Positions 21,342 to 31,239 of a stretch of 64,000 nucleotides of DNA are shown piece by piece. The DNA is from Pseudomonadota bacterium (GTDB taxonomy: Bacteria > Myxococcota_A > Polyangia > Palsa-1104 > JAEUJZ01): positions 3,529 through 67,528 of the forward strand of contig DAOLIT010000010.1 of the NCBI GenBank assembly GCA_035328405.1, given 5' to 3'. Numbering within the stretch: position 1 is the first letter of the stretch; each line of letters starts with the position of its first letter. Below the pieces are notes generated by a model. The model was not told the DNA's origin. It saw only the letters and a program-made list of their open reading frames with translations, and ran no database searches. The translations under genes were made by a program, and so were the position numbers.

Positions 21342-23903
21342 ATGACCTCTCTTCTCATGAAACCGTTGGCCGGTCGGTTCTCGCTGCTCTCGTTGGTGGG
21401 AGAAGGTGGTATGGGCAGCGTGTGGAAAGCGCGCGATCTTGTCACCAAGGATTTGGTTGCGGTCAAACTGCTGAATCTGAACGTAAACCAGACCGAGGAA
21501 TTGGCCCGATTCGAACGTGAGGTTGCGTTGCTCGCGGAACTGAATCACCCGGGCATCGTGCGATACCTGGCGCATGGTCAGACCGACACGCAGGCGTACC
21601 TTGTGATGGAATGGCTGGAAGGACAGGACCTTGCTCGTCGGCTTGCGAAAGGCCCACTGCGGCCCACCGACGGGAAAAAACTATTCTCTCGCGTTACGGA
21701 AGTGCTCGTCGAGGCGCATCGAAAAGGCATCATTCATCGCGACATCAAGCCCTCAAACTTGTTTCTGCGTCGGGGCCAGTTCGACGATGTGGTCGTGCTC
21801 GACTTTGGCGTCGCGCGAAAAGGCGCGTTGCACAAGCAGCTTACGCGCACGGGCGTCCTGGTGGGTACACCGGAATACATGTCGCCCGAACAAGCCCGAG
21901 GACTGCGAGACATCACGTTCGCCGCCGACTTGTTTGGCCTCGGTTGTGTGATGTTTGAAGTGTTTACGGGACAGAAGCCATTTTCTGCGAAGCACATCAC
22001 AGGCCTTTTGTCAAAAATTTTGTTCGAGCCCGCGCCCAGCTTGCATCATCGGAAACCTGCTTTGCCGAGGACGCTATCTGAGCTGGTCGCCGATCTGCTG
22101 GAAAAAGACCCTGCCCGACGGCCTCAAAGTACAGAAGCCGTTCAAGAGCGACTCTCCAAAATCGTCGTGACCGATGATGAGTCTGCGGCGGGAGACATCA
22201 TACCGACGACCCTACCACCCTTGGATTCGTTGTCCGACAAAGAGATGTCTTTGTTCACGACGATCTTGGCGACGCCGCTCCAGCAACAGATCGCGACGAA
22301 CGAAACGGCCAAGCAAGCGGACGCGGCGACGTACCAAGCGCGAATGACGGCTACCGTCGAGCGTCTGCGAAACATGGGCCTTCGAGCCGAGCTTTTGGGC
22401 GATGGGTCTGTATGGGCCGCAGCGACCCAATCGCCCGTGGCGACGGATCTTGCCCACATAGCCATGCAAGGCGCGGTGGTTCTGCGGCATGAACTGCGCG
22501 GCTTTGCCATTGTTGTTGTGACGGACCTTTTTGAACACGAGGGTCCGCTGGCCTCGGGGCCGGGTTTTGATTTGCTGCAAAGCCTTTTGTCTACGGCGAC
22601 AACTCAAGAAGCGGCGCTGGAGGTTGTCATGGACGACGTGACTTCGGAACTTATCGCCGACCGTTTTCATGTGACCGTGGACACCGTCGGGGTCGGTCTT
22701 TTGGGTGCGCGTTTGGGCGAATCCGCTCGTCTTGCGAGAAATCCGCCGTGGTGTGGCCTCGACCGCGAAATCTCGATGCTTCATGCCAGTTTTGAGGGCG
22801 TCCAAACGGACCAAGTGTTTCGAGCCGTCGTATTTTCTGGTCCCCCCGGCTCGGGGAAAACCAGGCTGTTGGACGAATTTTTGCAGCGGCTTGCGGAAGA
22901 TCATTCGACGGCTGTGCCGTTGGTGGCGCGGCTGTGGCCACAATCCGTTGCAACGCCGCTGTCCGTGCCGCTGGGTTGGTTGCACAGCGCCGAACAAGTC
23001 GTCTCGACTCCACACGGGCCCGCTCCATTGTGGCGAGCTTTTATCGAGCATCGATATCCACCAGAAAAAGCGAAACGATACGTGGCCATCTTGTCGGGTT
23101 TGCTTACAGCAGGCCCAGCGACGAAAAGAACGGCAGAGTCTGTCGTAGATCGGGTGGGCATTGTTTCCGTCGTAGAGGCGCTGTCTGCCTTTGTCACTGC
23201 GATTTCGCGACCGTGCGTGCTCGCGATCGACGCACTTCAATGGATTGATGCCGCTTCCATCGAGGTCGTGACTCGTCTGACACACACGCTCCTCGACTTG
23301 CCCGTCCTGCTTTTGGGAATGGCCCGCCCGGATTTGCGCGAGATTCATCCGCGGATTTTCGATGGCTTGCCGATCGATCACGTTTCGATTCAACGCTATA
23401 CAAACAAGCCCATCCAAAAGAGTCTCGTCCGACTCAATATCGACGGAGAGAACAAGACGCAAGCGTTGCTAGAGCACTCCCAAGGCTTGCCGTTGTTGTT
23501 CCATTGGTTGGTTCGGGACATGTCTTTCGGACGCAGTTGTGGACAACGAGCCGTGGCGTATATGACGCAAGCCCGGACACGCCAACTGGACCCTCAAACG
23601 CGACAGGTACTGCGAGCGGCAAGTCTCCTCCAGAGACCTTTCTCCGAGGCCGATTTGCTGCATTTTTTGCCGTCCTCGTTGTCCGTGTCGGACATCTACC
23701 GATCCTTGCGTGCGCTGGTCGAAAACAATTGGTTTGAACCGGTACAACTGGCCGACGGAGGGCGCTGCTTCAAGTTTCGCTATTCTCCCGAAAGGTCTGC
23801 GATTTTTGAGACGCTCACGAGTGCGGACAAGCGGCTCGGGGCCGATCTGCTTGCGGCGCTCGAAAGCCAGAACCGCGACCAGACTCCCTCAAAACCGTCA
23901 TGA
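21342..23903 (+). CDS. Ser/Thr protein kinase fused to STAND/AAA_16-type P-loop NTPase
   Basis: Complete kinase motifs: GEGGMGSVWKA, VAVK, HRDIKPSNLFL, DFGVA, TPEYMSPEQ. Downstream Walker A 'VVFSGPPGSGKTRLLDEF'. Confidence 0.85.
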   Translation: MTSLLMKPLAGRFSLLSLVGEGGMGSVWKARDLVTKDLVAVKLLNLNVNQTEELARFEREVALLAELNHPGIVRYLAHGQTDTQAYLVMEWLEGQDLARRLAKGPLRPTDGKKLFSRVTEVLVEAHRKGIIHRDIKPSNLFLRRGQFDDVVVLDFGVARKGALHKQLTRTGVLVGTPEYMSPEQARGLRDITFAADLFGLGCVMFEVFTGQKPFSAKHITGLLSKILFEPAPSLHHRKPALPRTLSELVADLLEKDPARRPQSTEAVQERLSKIVVTDDESAAGDIIPTTLPPLDSLSDKEMSLFTTILATPLQQQIATNETAKQADAATYQARMTATVERLRNMGLRAELLGDGSVWAAATQSPVATDLAHIAMQGAVVLRHELRGFAIVVVTDLFEHEGPLASGPGFDLLQSLLSTATTQEAALEVVMDDVTSELIADRFHVTVDTVGVGLLGARLGESARLARNPPWCGLDREISMLHASFEGVQTDQVFRAVVFSGPPGSGKTRLLDEFLQRLAEDHSTAVPLVARLWPQSVATPLSVPLGWLHSAEQVVSTPHGPAPLWRAFIEHRYPPEKAKRYVAILSGLLTAGPATKRTAESVVDRVGIVSVVEALSAFVTAISRPCVLAIDALQWIDAASIEVVTRLTHTLLDLPVLLLGMARPDLREIHPRIFDGLPIDHVSIQRYTNKPIQKSLVRLNIDGENKTQALLEHSQGLPLLFHWLVRDMSFGRSCGQRAVAYMTQARTRQLDPQTRQVLRAASLLQRPFSEADLLHFLPSSLSVSDIYRSLRALVENNWFEPVQLADGGRCFKFRYSPERSAIFETLTSADKRLGADLLAALESQNRDQTPSKPS

Positions 23904-24977
23904 AAACAGGCGCAACAGATGCGCTTCATACATCGGGTTCGCGATTTCAACGCACTGCGCAGTGTCCGACACTGTAAGCAAACCTGCGTCCATAAGGTAA
24001 GACTGCACTTCGTCGCAACGATCGAATGGCACCGGTTCCGCTGAAAGAAGCCTTTGCAGAAATTCTTGTGCTTCTTTTCTGTCTTTTACCGCGTCGGAAA
24101 TGGACAAAAGGTGTACGCAATCCTCCGACACGATCTGCTCTGTGATGGCTCGGACTTCGTGGGCGGATATGGTTTTGCTCGCGTTCGGTTCATTCCCTTT
24201 GCGCGGATATCCGAGCTGTTCATCCAGTTGCCAAAGCACGCGACTGACGAGCCACGGTTGCCCTCGGGTTTTCAACCAAAGTTCCGTCCGGGCGCGCCGG
24301 TCCAAAGACACCCCACTTTCCAGACAGTATTCAGCCAGAAGTTGTTCGACCTCACTTTCGGAAAACACCGGCAAAAAAACCGTGTGGGACACGTTCCATA
24401 ACGATCCTGAGCCCCGCGTTTCGTCGATTTGCGGTCGCAGGTCGTCCCGCAGGTCCCGGACATGGGTTTTGCCGCACAGCACGATCGCGTGAACAAACGG
24501 CCTGCTGTCGTCTTGCAAACACAATGCCGAACGAAACGTGCGCAACAGCGAGATCGTCAACTTACGCGGCGGCGCGTCGTACTCGTCGAGCAGCAACACC
24601 AGTTTTTTGCACAGCCGTTTTTGGATTTCCCCCAGATAGAAACAGAACGACAGGCTTTGAGGTTCCGTGGGGCTCCACTTGGGCAACGCGGGCAACGGGT
24701 ACGACGCATGCAGCGTTGCTTCGATGTGTCGGCACAAACCGAGCAGGCTTTGGTCTTCGGCGACTTGAAGCGAACACAACGCGACCGCAAGCCCATCGCG
24801 GCGCAGCGCAACAGCGAGTTCGCGCAGAAACGACGTTTTCCCGGTTTGTCGTCCTCGGGCAATCAAAAGCGACTCGCCTCGCCGCACTGCTGTAAGAGGT
24901 CGGGCCAGCCGACTCGACAAATCCACCGCAAAATGCCGCCCCGGCACGCAAGGTCCCGTGATGTGAAACGTGCGCAT
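23898..24977 (-). CDS. AAA-like P-loop ATPase, hypothetical
   Basis: Walker A 'ARGRQTGKTSFL', Walker B-like 'LVLLLDEYD'. Convergent with the kinase gene and overlapping it by 6 nt. Confidence 0.6.
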   Translation of the reverse strand: MRTFHITGPCVPGRHFAVDLSSRLARPLTAVRRGESLLIARGRQTGKTSFLRELAVALRRDGLAVALCSLQVAEDQSLLGLCRHIEATLHASYPLPALPKWSPTEPQSLSFCFYLGEIQKRLCKKLVLLLDEYDAPPRKLTISLLRTFRSALCLQDDSRPFVHAIVLCGKTHVRDLRDDLRPQIDETRGSGSLWNVSHTVFLPVFSESEVEQLLAEYCLESGVSLDRRARTELWLKTRGQPWLVSRVLWQLDEQLGYPRKGNEPNASKTISAHEVRAITEQIVSEDCVHLLSISDAVKDRKEAQEFLQRLLSAEPVPFDRCDEVQSYLMDAGLLTVSDTAQCVEIANPMYEAHLLRLFS

Positions 24978-25189
24978 CGCCTCATCCTATCGCGTCACGC
25001 ACATTCGCAACTTGGCATCGAAATCTCTCAAACGGAACCTGCTTTGCACTCCTGTCTTGAACACCGCTTTTCAGAGTCGGCAAAGAGTTGTTTCGTGAAA
25101 CTGGTATAACCGACGCTGCCGCGTTACCTTGAGACCAGTGCTTCGGCACGTTGTCCCGCAATAACGCATCGCGAAAACCGAGGAAGTCC

Positions 25190-26116
25190 ATGGCCCACTT
25201 TCCCTTGTTTGCAAAAACCGCTGCGCTGCTTGGTCTTCTGTGCTTTTCCGGCTGCGCGAGCGTGCCGCGACCTGTACCTGTCGCTTCCGCGCCCGTTGCT
25301 TCTGCCCAAGTGGCCGGAGTCACCATTCATGTGCCCAGGCTCGGCCCCGACGATTACCCAGGCGATGTGCTCGAAGAAATGACGCCTGTTTTGGTCGTCA
25401 TCGAGAATCGCTCCCAAAGCGAAATCCTGATCAACCCGGATGGTTTCGTTTTGGTCGATCCTTCCGGCGCGCAAAACACGCCCCTTCGTCCCGAACCGCT
25501 CGCGCTCAAACTGCAAAAGAAAGAGGAAACCACTGCCGAACAGCCCCTCCTCTTGGCTTGGCGCGGACGTGGCGGAGGTTTCCGTTCGGCCCCTACCTAC
25601 CGTGGACCGAGTGGAGGCGGCGTTCGCGTTTCACCTCCCGCATACCGATCCGGCGGTTCTTTCGGCCACAGAGGCGGCTTCGGACACAGCGGCTATTCCG
25701 GTCGATCCGGCTATTACGGCAGGTCTGGCCATTACGGTAGGTCCAGCTACTACAGTCGGCCCGGTTATTACCGCCGCTCTGGCTATTTCGGTCGCCCCCG
25801 CATGTACGCCCGACCCTTCTTTATCGGCGCGTATCCGTGGTTGTGGGGCAACAGCTATGGCTTGTCCTGGTATGGAAGCTCTTTCTGGATCGACCAACAG
25901 GGACCCATCAACTTCAGCGGCCAAGAGCTGGTTCACATGGCACTGCCCGAGGGTCGATTGCCACCAGGAGGCCGAACGGGCGGCTTTCTCTATTTCCCCA
26001 AACTCCCCGGCGGAGAAGGCACCTCACTGACGCTCGGATGGCAAATCCGCGACAGTTCCGGCCAGCAAGTGTTGGGCGACGTGGCCATCCCGCTCGAGTT
26101 CACCGAAGAGCAATAG
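25190..26116 (+). CDS. lipoprotein with Gly/Arg/Tyr/Ser-rich low-complexity region
   Basis: Signal + lipobox (LLCFSGC); RBS GAGGA. Region 'GGGFRSAPTYRGPSGGGVRV...GRSGYYGRSGHYGRSSYYSRPGYYRRSGYFGRPRMY'. Confidence 0.65.
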   Translation: MAHFPLFAKTAALLGLLCFSGCASVPRPVPVASAPVASAQVAGVTIHVPRLGPDDYPGDVLEEMTPVLVVIENRSQSEILINPDGFVLVDPSGAQNTPLRPEPLALKLQKKEETTAEQPLLLAWRGRGGGFRSAPTYRGPSGGGVRVSPPAYRSGGSFGHRGGFGHSGYSGRSGYYGRSGHYGRSSYYSRPGYYRRSGYFGRPRMYARPFFIGAYPWLWGNSYGLSWYGSSFWIDQQGPINFSGQELVHMALPEGRLPPGGRTGGFLYFPKLPGGEGTSLTLGWQIRDSSGQQVLGDVAIPLEFTEEQ

Positions 26117-26151
26117 CCACAAGTCCCGACCCACCTTCAACATTCCCCCGA

Positions 26152-27336
26152 CTACGAATCGCGTTTTTTTCCAGCGTTACCGCGTGTCTTCTCAATCGGC
26201 GTCGTCGTCGTATCCGCCGGCCCGAAGAGTTCTTTCACCGCTTCTTGAAATTTGCTCACGCGGGGATAAGCGTTTTGCGGGATTTTTTCGTCGATGTGGC
26301 GCAGAAGCGCCCGCTGGGCTTCGGTCAATGCGTGCGGCGTTTCGACCACCGCTTTCACATGCAAATCACCGCGCGTCGTTGATCCCACTTGCGTTGGATA
26401 GCCTCGTCCTCGCAAACGGAAAACCGTTCCAGACTGCGTGCTGTGCGGAATCTTCATTTCGACACGGCCCTCCAGCGTCGGAACATCGACTGAACAACCC
26501 AGCGCAGCCTGCGTCACCGTCAGCGGCAAATCGGCCAGCAGCAAGGGCCCTTCTCGTCGCAGGATCGGATGCGGCAGAATGTTGACCGTCACATTTAAAT
26601 CGCCCGAGGCACTGCCCCGGCGGCCCGGTTCACCCTGGCCAGAAATCCGGCGCGTCGTGTTGTCGTCGGTGCCAGCCGGAATGGTGACGGTGTATTCGCG
26701 CACCTGTTCCGTAAGGCCTGCACCGCGACACTCAGCGCAAGCATCCACGACGATTTTTCCGGTACTTTGGCAGACCGTGCAGGGGCGACTGAATGAAAAG
26801 AAGCCCTTTCCTGGTTTCACTTCGCCTTTTCCCGCACATGTCGCACAGGTCTTCCGCCCGGCATCTCCACCCCGAGCGCCCGTGCCTTGACAGTCCGGAC
26901 AATCGGCCCGCACCGGAAAACGGATCGTTTTTTGTGCGCCGTGGGCTGCCTCGGCCAGCGAAATGTCGAGCGTGTAGCGCAGATCGCGACCTTTCCCCTT
27001 TTTCCCGCCAATGAGGTCGCCGAACAGGTTGCTGAACAGCGCCTTCATCGCCTCCAGATCGACGACCAGCGGATCGATGCCCGCTGCGTCTCGTGTCAAA
27101 CCCAGATGACCCATGCGATCGTATCGAGCGCGTTTTTCCGGGTCCGACAGAACGGTGTACGCTGCGGAAACTTCTTTGAATTTCTCCTCGGCGTGTTTGT
27201 CGTTTTGGTTTTGGTCTGGGTGGTAGCGCAAAGCCAACGCTCGGTAGGCCCGCTTGATTTCCGTCGCATCTGCATCTTTGGGCAGACCGAGCACTTCGTA
27301 AAAGTCGCGCCGTGTTTCAGCCAAGAAATGCCTCAA
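26152..27336 (-). CDS. dnaJ: molecular chaperone DnaJ
   Basis: J-domain 'DFYEVLGLPKDADATEIKRAYRALALRYHPDQN'; four CxxCxGxG zinc-finger repeats. TTG start as tracked; an alternative TTG lies 12 nt downstream (MAETRRDFYEVL). Confidence 0.92.
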   Translation of the reverse strand: MRHFLAETRRDFYEVLGLPKDADATEIKRAYRALALRYHPDQNQNDKHAEEKFKEVSAAYTVLSDPEKRARYDRMGHLGLTRDAAGIDPLVVDLEAMKALFSNLFGDLIGGKKGKGRDLRYTLDISLAEAAHGAQKTIRFPVRADCPDCQGTGARGGDAGRKTCATCAGKGEVKPGKGFFSFSRPCTVCQSTGKIVVDACAECRGAGLTEQVREYTVTIPAGTDDNTTRRISGQGEPGRRGSASGDLNVTVNILPHPILRREGPLLLADLPLTVTQAALGCSVDVPTLEGRVEMKIPHSTQSGTVFRLRGRGYPTQVGSTTRGDLHVKAVVETPHALTEAQRALLRHIDEKIPQNAYPRVSKFQEAVKELFGPADTTTTPIEKTRGNAGKKRDS

Positions 27337-27947
27337 TTTGCCTGGGTAGGCACCTCGGGTTTTTGGGGATCGTCTGCCGTTTCCGTTTTGCGCGTCACTA
27401 GCACGAGCGCCGGTCGCAGAAGCCGGTTTCCGATCATGTATCCGCGCTGAAAAACGATCCCGACATGCCCTGGCGGCAGCGACGGGTGTTCGATCTGACC
27501 GATGGCTTCGTGAAAGTTCGGGTCGAACGGCTTTCCCTCGGCGTCAAACGGTTTGATTTGCGACTTTTCGAGCGCCGAAAAAAAACTGCGCTGGACCATT
27601 TGCACACCTTCCAAAATCGAAGCCGACGTCGTCGAAGGATTTTTGCTCGCAGACAGCGCCCGATCGAAATTGTCCATCGCTGGCAAAAGCTCGCGCACCA
27701 GATTTTCAAGACCTCGCGCCGCCGCATCTTCCTGTTCCTTCCGAGCACGACGCTTGTGGTTTTCAAATTCGGCGGCCAGCCGGAGAAGGCGGTCGTTCAA
27801 GTCTCGTTTCTCGTCGGACAACTTTTCAAGCTGAGCTTTCAGATCGACCTCAGACGATCCAGCCTCGGCGGTCGTTTCAGACGGGCTTTGTTCTTCTCTA
27901 GATCGCCCAGTCGAGGCGTTGTGCGTTGTGGTTTCTTCTCGGGACAT
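27333..27947 (-). CDS. grpE: nucleotide exchange factor GrpE
   Basis: Start MSREETTT with RBS AAGGAGAAAG. Coiled-coil N-terminus and C-terminal 'FDPNFHEAIGQIE...VGIVFQRGYMIGNRLLRPALV'. Overlaps the dnaJ start by 4 nt. Confidence 0.9.
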   Translation of the reverse strand: MSREETTTHNASTGRSREEQSPSETTAEAGSSEVDLKAQLEKLSDEKRDLNDRLLRLAAEFENHKRRARKEQEDAAARGLENLVRELLPAMDNFDRALSASKNPSTTSASILEGVQMVQRSFFSALEKSQIKPFDAEGKPFDPNFHEAIGQIEHPSLPPGHVGIVFQRGYMIGNRLLRPALVLVTRKTETADDPQKPEVPTQAN

Positions 27948-28050
27948 ATTCTCTTTCTCCTTGGCTTTTGTTTGGCTTGAGGCGGCCCAAAGCCGTGTCA
28001 TCGGTTCACAAGCGGGTTTGCCAGGTCAGTCATTGGGCGCGATGACACCG

Positions 28051-28130
28051 GACACGGAACTCTGGACACGGAACTCTGGACACCGAACACCGAACACCGA
28101 ACACCGAACACCGAACACCGAACACCGAAC
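28051..28130. repeat. short tandem repeats in grpE upstream region: (gacacggaactctg)x2 then (caccgaa)x7
   Basis: Direct read. Lies ~100-180 bp upstream of the grpE start on the minus strand and upstream of the plus-strand CN-hydrolase gene. Confidence 0.9.
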
Positions 28131-28223
28131 ACCGAACAGAAGTTGAGCAGCAAAGTCCACAAGCGCAATATCCCGGCATCGACAAAGAACGACGGTTTCT
28201 CGGCAAGCAGTATACTGCGGGCC

Positions 28224-29084
28224 ATGTCGGTCCTAAAAGCCGCTGTGGTGCAGCTTCTATCGACAGCCGATGTCGCGCAAAACCTGCTCCGCGTCGAAGC
28301 CCTGTGTCGGCACGCTCGAACTCGAGGCGCCGAGCTTGTCGTGCTGCCCGAAAATTTCGCGCTGCTCTCATCGAATGAAAACGACAAGTTTGCCCACGCT
28401 GTTGTCGTCGAGACAACGGACGACCGCCGGTTTGTCGGACACGGGGCGATTGTGTCGCACATGCAGCAGCTTGCTCAACAACTCGGGGTCTATTTGGTCC
28501 TGGGCGGTTTGCCCGAAAAAAGCAGCTCGCCGGGCCGTGTGTTCAACACCAGTTTGTGCCTGCGCCCCGACGGAGAAATCGCCGCCGTATATCGAAAAAT
28601 CCACCTGTTTGACGTCGAGTTTGCGCAAGCCCAAACCGCGTTGCGTGAATCCACCACCGTCGAGCCAGGCGACCCGAAACAAGCCGTCGTCTGCAATACA
28701 CCGTGGGGTGGTTTGGGACTCTCGGTTTGTTACGATGTGCGTTTTCCTGAACTCTATCGACGGCTCGTCGCCAAATCCGCCCTCATGTTGTCCATTCCTG
28801 CCGCTTTCACGCTGCACACTGGGAAAGATCACTGGCATGTGCTCTTGCGGGCGAGAGCCATCGAAAATCAGTGTTTTGTGCTGGCCGCAGCCCAACAAGG
28901 CCGACACAGCCCGACGCGACTTACCTACGGACATAGTTTGATTGCTGATCCGTGGGGTACGGTGCTGTGCGAATGCCCCGACGGAGAAGGCGTGGCGATC
29001 GCCGAACTCAATTTCGATTCTCTCTTCCAAATTCGAGCCGAGCTGCCCGCGCTGGCCCACCGACGAATTCCATTGGAGCAATAG
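28224..29084 (+). CDS. carbon-nitrogen hydrolase (nitrilase superfamily)
   Basis: 'LKAAVVQL', 'ELVVLPENF', 'YRKIHLFD', 'VCYDVRFPELYRRL' (E-K-C triad context). Confidence 0.85.
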   Translation: MSVLKAAVVQLLSTADVAQNLLRVEALCRHARTRGAELVVLPENFALLSSNENDKFAHAVVVETTDDRRFVGHGAIVSHMQQLAQQLGVYLVLGGLPEKSSSPGRVFNTSLCLRPDGEIAAVYRKIHLFDVEFAQAQTALRESTTVEPGDPKQAVVCNTPWGGLGLSVCYDVRFPELYRRLVAKSALMLSIPAAFTLHTGKDHWHVLLRARAIENQCFVLAAAQQGRHSPTRLTYGHSLIADPWGTVLCECPDGEGVAIAELNFDSLFQIRAELPALAHRRIPLEQ

Positions 29085-29085
29085 C

Positions 29086-29925
29086 GTGCTGGCCTTTTTG
29101 TTTGGGTGTGCAATGTGCGTCCTTGTGCCCACCGTCGAAGTCGGTACCGATGTCGCGAAAGAGGTCGTCGCAGAAACGCCGAGCGGCCTTTTGGAATCAG
29201 GCATGCGAGGGGAAATCCGTCGCTTTTATTCCGCCGGCATTCGGGAAATCCGCCAGGGTCACATTCGAGACGCACTGTCGGAACTTCGGCAAGCGCGCGT
29301 GCTTGCGTATCGCGAGTATTTGCGCGGGCCAACTTTGGGTCCGTGGCCTCGTCGGCATTTCGTCCGCATTTCGTATGTCGAAGGCCAGGTGCATCAGCTT
29401 CAGCTCATCAACGACCACTTGAGTTTGCGGTCCGATCGAGGCAGCGATTACGCCACGTCGGTTCAGCTTCGGGCGCTGATTTTGCACAACATTTTTTTGG
29501 CCGTGCGCAGTTTCACCGGCAAAGCCGAAACGAACCTAGCCAAAGGTGTGTTTGAGGCCTACAGCGAAGCGATTTTGCTCCAAGGCCGTTTGAGTCGTGA
29601 CGTGTCCCTCGGCTATTCCGCGATGTTGGCCGAAGAAGGTCAATACGAAAATGCTCGACGAGAATTTGGAAAAATCTCGCCTGCCGACCTCGCCGCCGAG
29701 GGTGCCGATGTGGCGGTGATCTATACCCATCTGGCGATGGGCGAAACCAGCCTCGCCGTGAGACGGTTTTTGGAAACCACCCGTCGCGACAACTGGCAGC
29801 GAGCGGCCAAAGACGAGACTTCACTGCGAACGTCGATGTACCGCATGAATGACTTTGATCGACTCAGGTCGCACCCTCGCTTCGTCGAGATGGTCACGAT
29901 GCCCGAGGAAGAAGCCGACCGATAG
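29086..29925 (+). CDS. hypothetical protein (possible lipoprotein, helical)
   Basis: Long ORF 28942..29925; start placed at the in-frame GTG just after the upstream stop (VLAFLFGCAMCVL). No recognisable motifs. Confidence 0.4.
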   Translation: MLAFLFGCAMCVLVPTVEVGTDVAKEVVAETPSGLLESGMRGEIRRFYSAGIREIRQGHIRDALSELRQARVLAYREYLRGPTLGPWPRRHFVRISYVEGQVHQLQLINDHLSLRSDRGSDYATSVQLRALILHNIFLAVRSFTGKAETNLAKGVFEAYSEAILLQGRLSRDVSLGYSAMLAEEGQYENARREFGKISPADLAAEGADVAVIYTHLAMGETSLAVRRFLETTRRDNWQRAAKDETSLRTSMYRMNDFDRLRSHPRFVEMVTMPEEEADR

Positions 29926-29956
29926 ACATTGGGAAGTTGCGCAATTCTCGACGGGT

Positions 29957-30532
29957 CTACAAAAAACGAATACACCGAGGCGCTGCTTCGCTCGTCAGCA
30001 CGCCACAGGACGCGCACCGTTTTTCGCTTTCGCTTGCATCACAGTGAGCGCACCGTTCCAGCGTCGAAAGCGCCTGCGCAAGTTCCGTTCCCAAGTTGCT
30101 GATCAGCGCAAGTTTCCGTCGAATCTCGACCAAATGCCGTTCGAGCAAGGCGTGTAACACCAACGCAGATTCCCTGCACGGCTTTTCCGACCGAGCCAGC
30201 AGAAGTTTGCGAATGTCCTCGATGGAAAAACCGCAACCGCGCAGGTCGATGATGAGTTTCAATTTTTCGAGTTCACCGACGGCAAACAAACGATGTCCGC
30301 CCTCGGAACGGTGCGCAGGCGCGATCAAGTTTTCCGCTTCGTACAAGCGAACCGCGCGCGGCGTCGTGTGTGCCCCTTCGCACATCGCTTTGAGCGTCAG
30401 AAAAGACTTGCTTGGGTCTGCCCGTTCGGAAACGGCAGCCTGTTTTGCGTCTTTCGCGGGCGCTTTTTCCGGTGGATTCGACGACGACGATGTGTTCTTC
30501 CCGGCCAAAACCGATGACTTCGCGCGGGACAT
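29957..30532 (-). CDS. MerR-family transcriptional regulator
   Basis: HTH 'TPRAVRLYEAENLIAPAHRSEGGHRLF', coiled-coil dimerisation helix, C-terminal Cys cluster (CAHCDASESEKRCASCG). Confidence 0.75.
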   Translation of the reverse strand: MSRAKSSVLAGKNTSSSSNPPEKAPAKDAKQAAVSERADPSKSFLTLKAMCEGAHTTPRAVRLYEAENLIAPAHRSEGGHRLFAVGELEKLKLIIDLRGCGFSIEDIRKLLLARSEKPCRESALVLHALLERHLVEIRRKLALISNLGTELAQALSTLERCAHCDASESEKRCASCGVLTSEAAPRCIRFL

Positions 30533-30540
30533 GGTTTGGT

Positions 30541-31131
30541 TTAGCTGGTTTTTGGGGAAAGGGGGTCGGGTTGAAACAGGGGTTCCGCGTGGCCGCGAAA
30601 TTCAAAGTGCCAATTCTCGCTCGGGACGGTTCGCAAAAAACCGTATTTGTATGCATGGCGAAACAACCACCGCCGCACCCGAAGCGACCGCGTATCGAAA
30701 TCCATCGCATAACCGCTTTGGTGGCTGGAAAACCCAGGCCGCGCTGCCAATGGACCACGGCCCCGCCGATACAGGTCAAAGACCTCCTGCTGCCGTTCCT
30801 GCGTGCGAAAACCGCTGTTCACGGACAGCGAAAGACCATAGCGGGCCGCCGCATTCCTCATGCGGAAAAAAGCCACTGCCGTGTGGACTTCTGCGCACAC
30901 CGGAAGTCCCGAAGAACCCGGCACATCCACGACCAAAAGCGGCACTGGCACTGTGTTTGCGTATCCCACCGCAGTTTCGGCCTGCAAACCTCGCTGCACC
31001 TTGAGCGCCGCTCCCACCACCGAAGCAGACAGCCAGGAACGCTTCTCTCCGGCCTCGGACACCGTCTTCAGCGGCACCTGAGCAAGGACCGCCGCAATGA
31101 GTAGAGAGCTACCGAACATTGACTTCATCAT
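30541..31131 (-). CDS. peptidase M15 (VanY / D-Ala-D-Ala carboxypeptidase-like), secreted
   Basis: Signal peptide MMKSMFGSSLLIAAVLA. Motifs 'SGFRTQERQ' and 'SSHQSGYAMDFD'. Confidence 0.75.
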   Translation of the reverse strand: MMKSMFGSSLLIAAVLAQVPLKTVSEAGEKRSWLSASVVGAALKVQRGLQAETAVGYANTVPVPLLVVDVPGSSGLPVCAEVHTAVAFFRMRNAAARYGLSLSVNSGFRTQERQQEVFDLYRRGRGPLAARPGFSSHQSGYAMDFDTRSLRVRRWLFRHAYKYGFLRTVPSENWHFEFRGHAEPLFQPDPLSPKTS

Positions 31132-31239
31132 AAGACGCGATTTTGCAGAAAAGAAACCGCAAAAACGCGAAACCCCGCAGGTTTTGACCGGCAAAAAAGG
31201 GCGAAAGTCGCTGCATCGAAGGCGGGCGCGGACGCTCGA

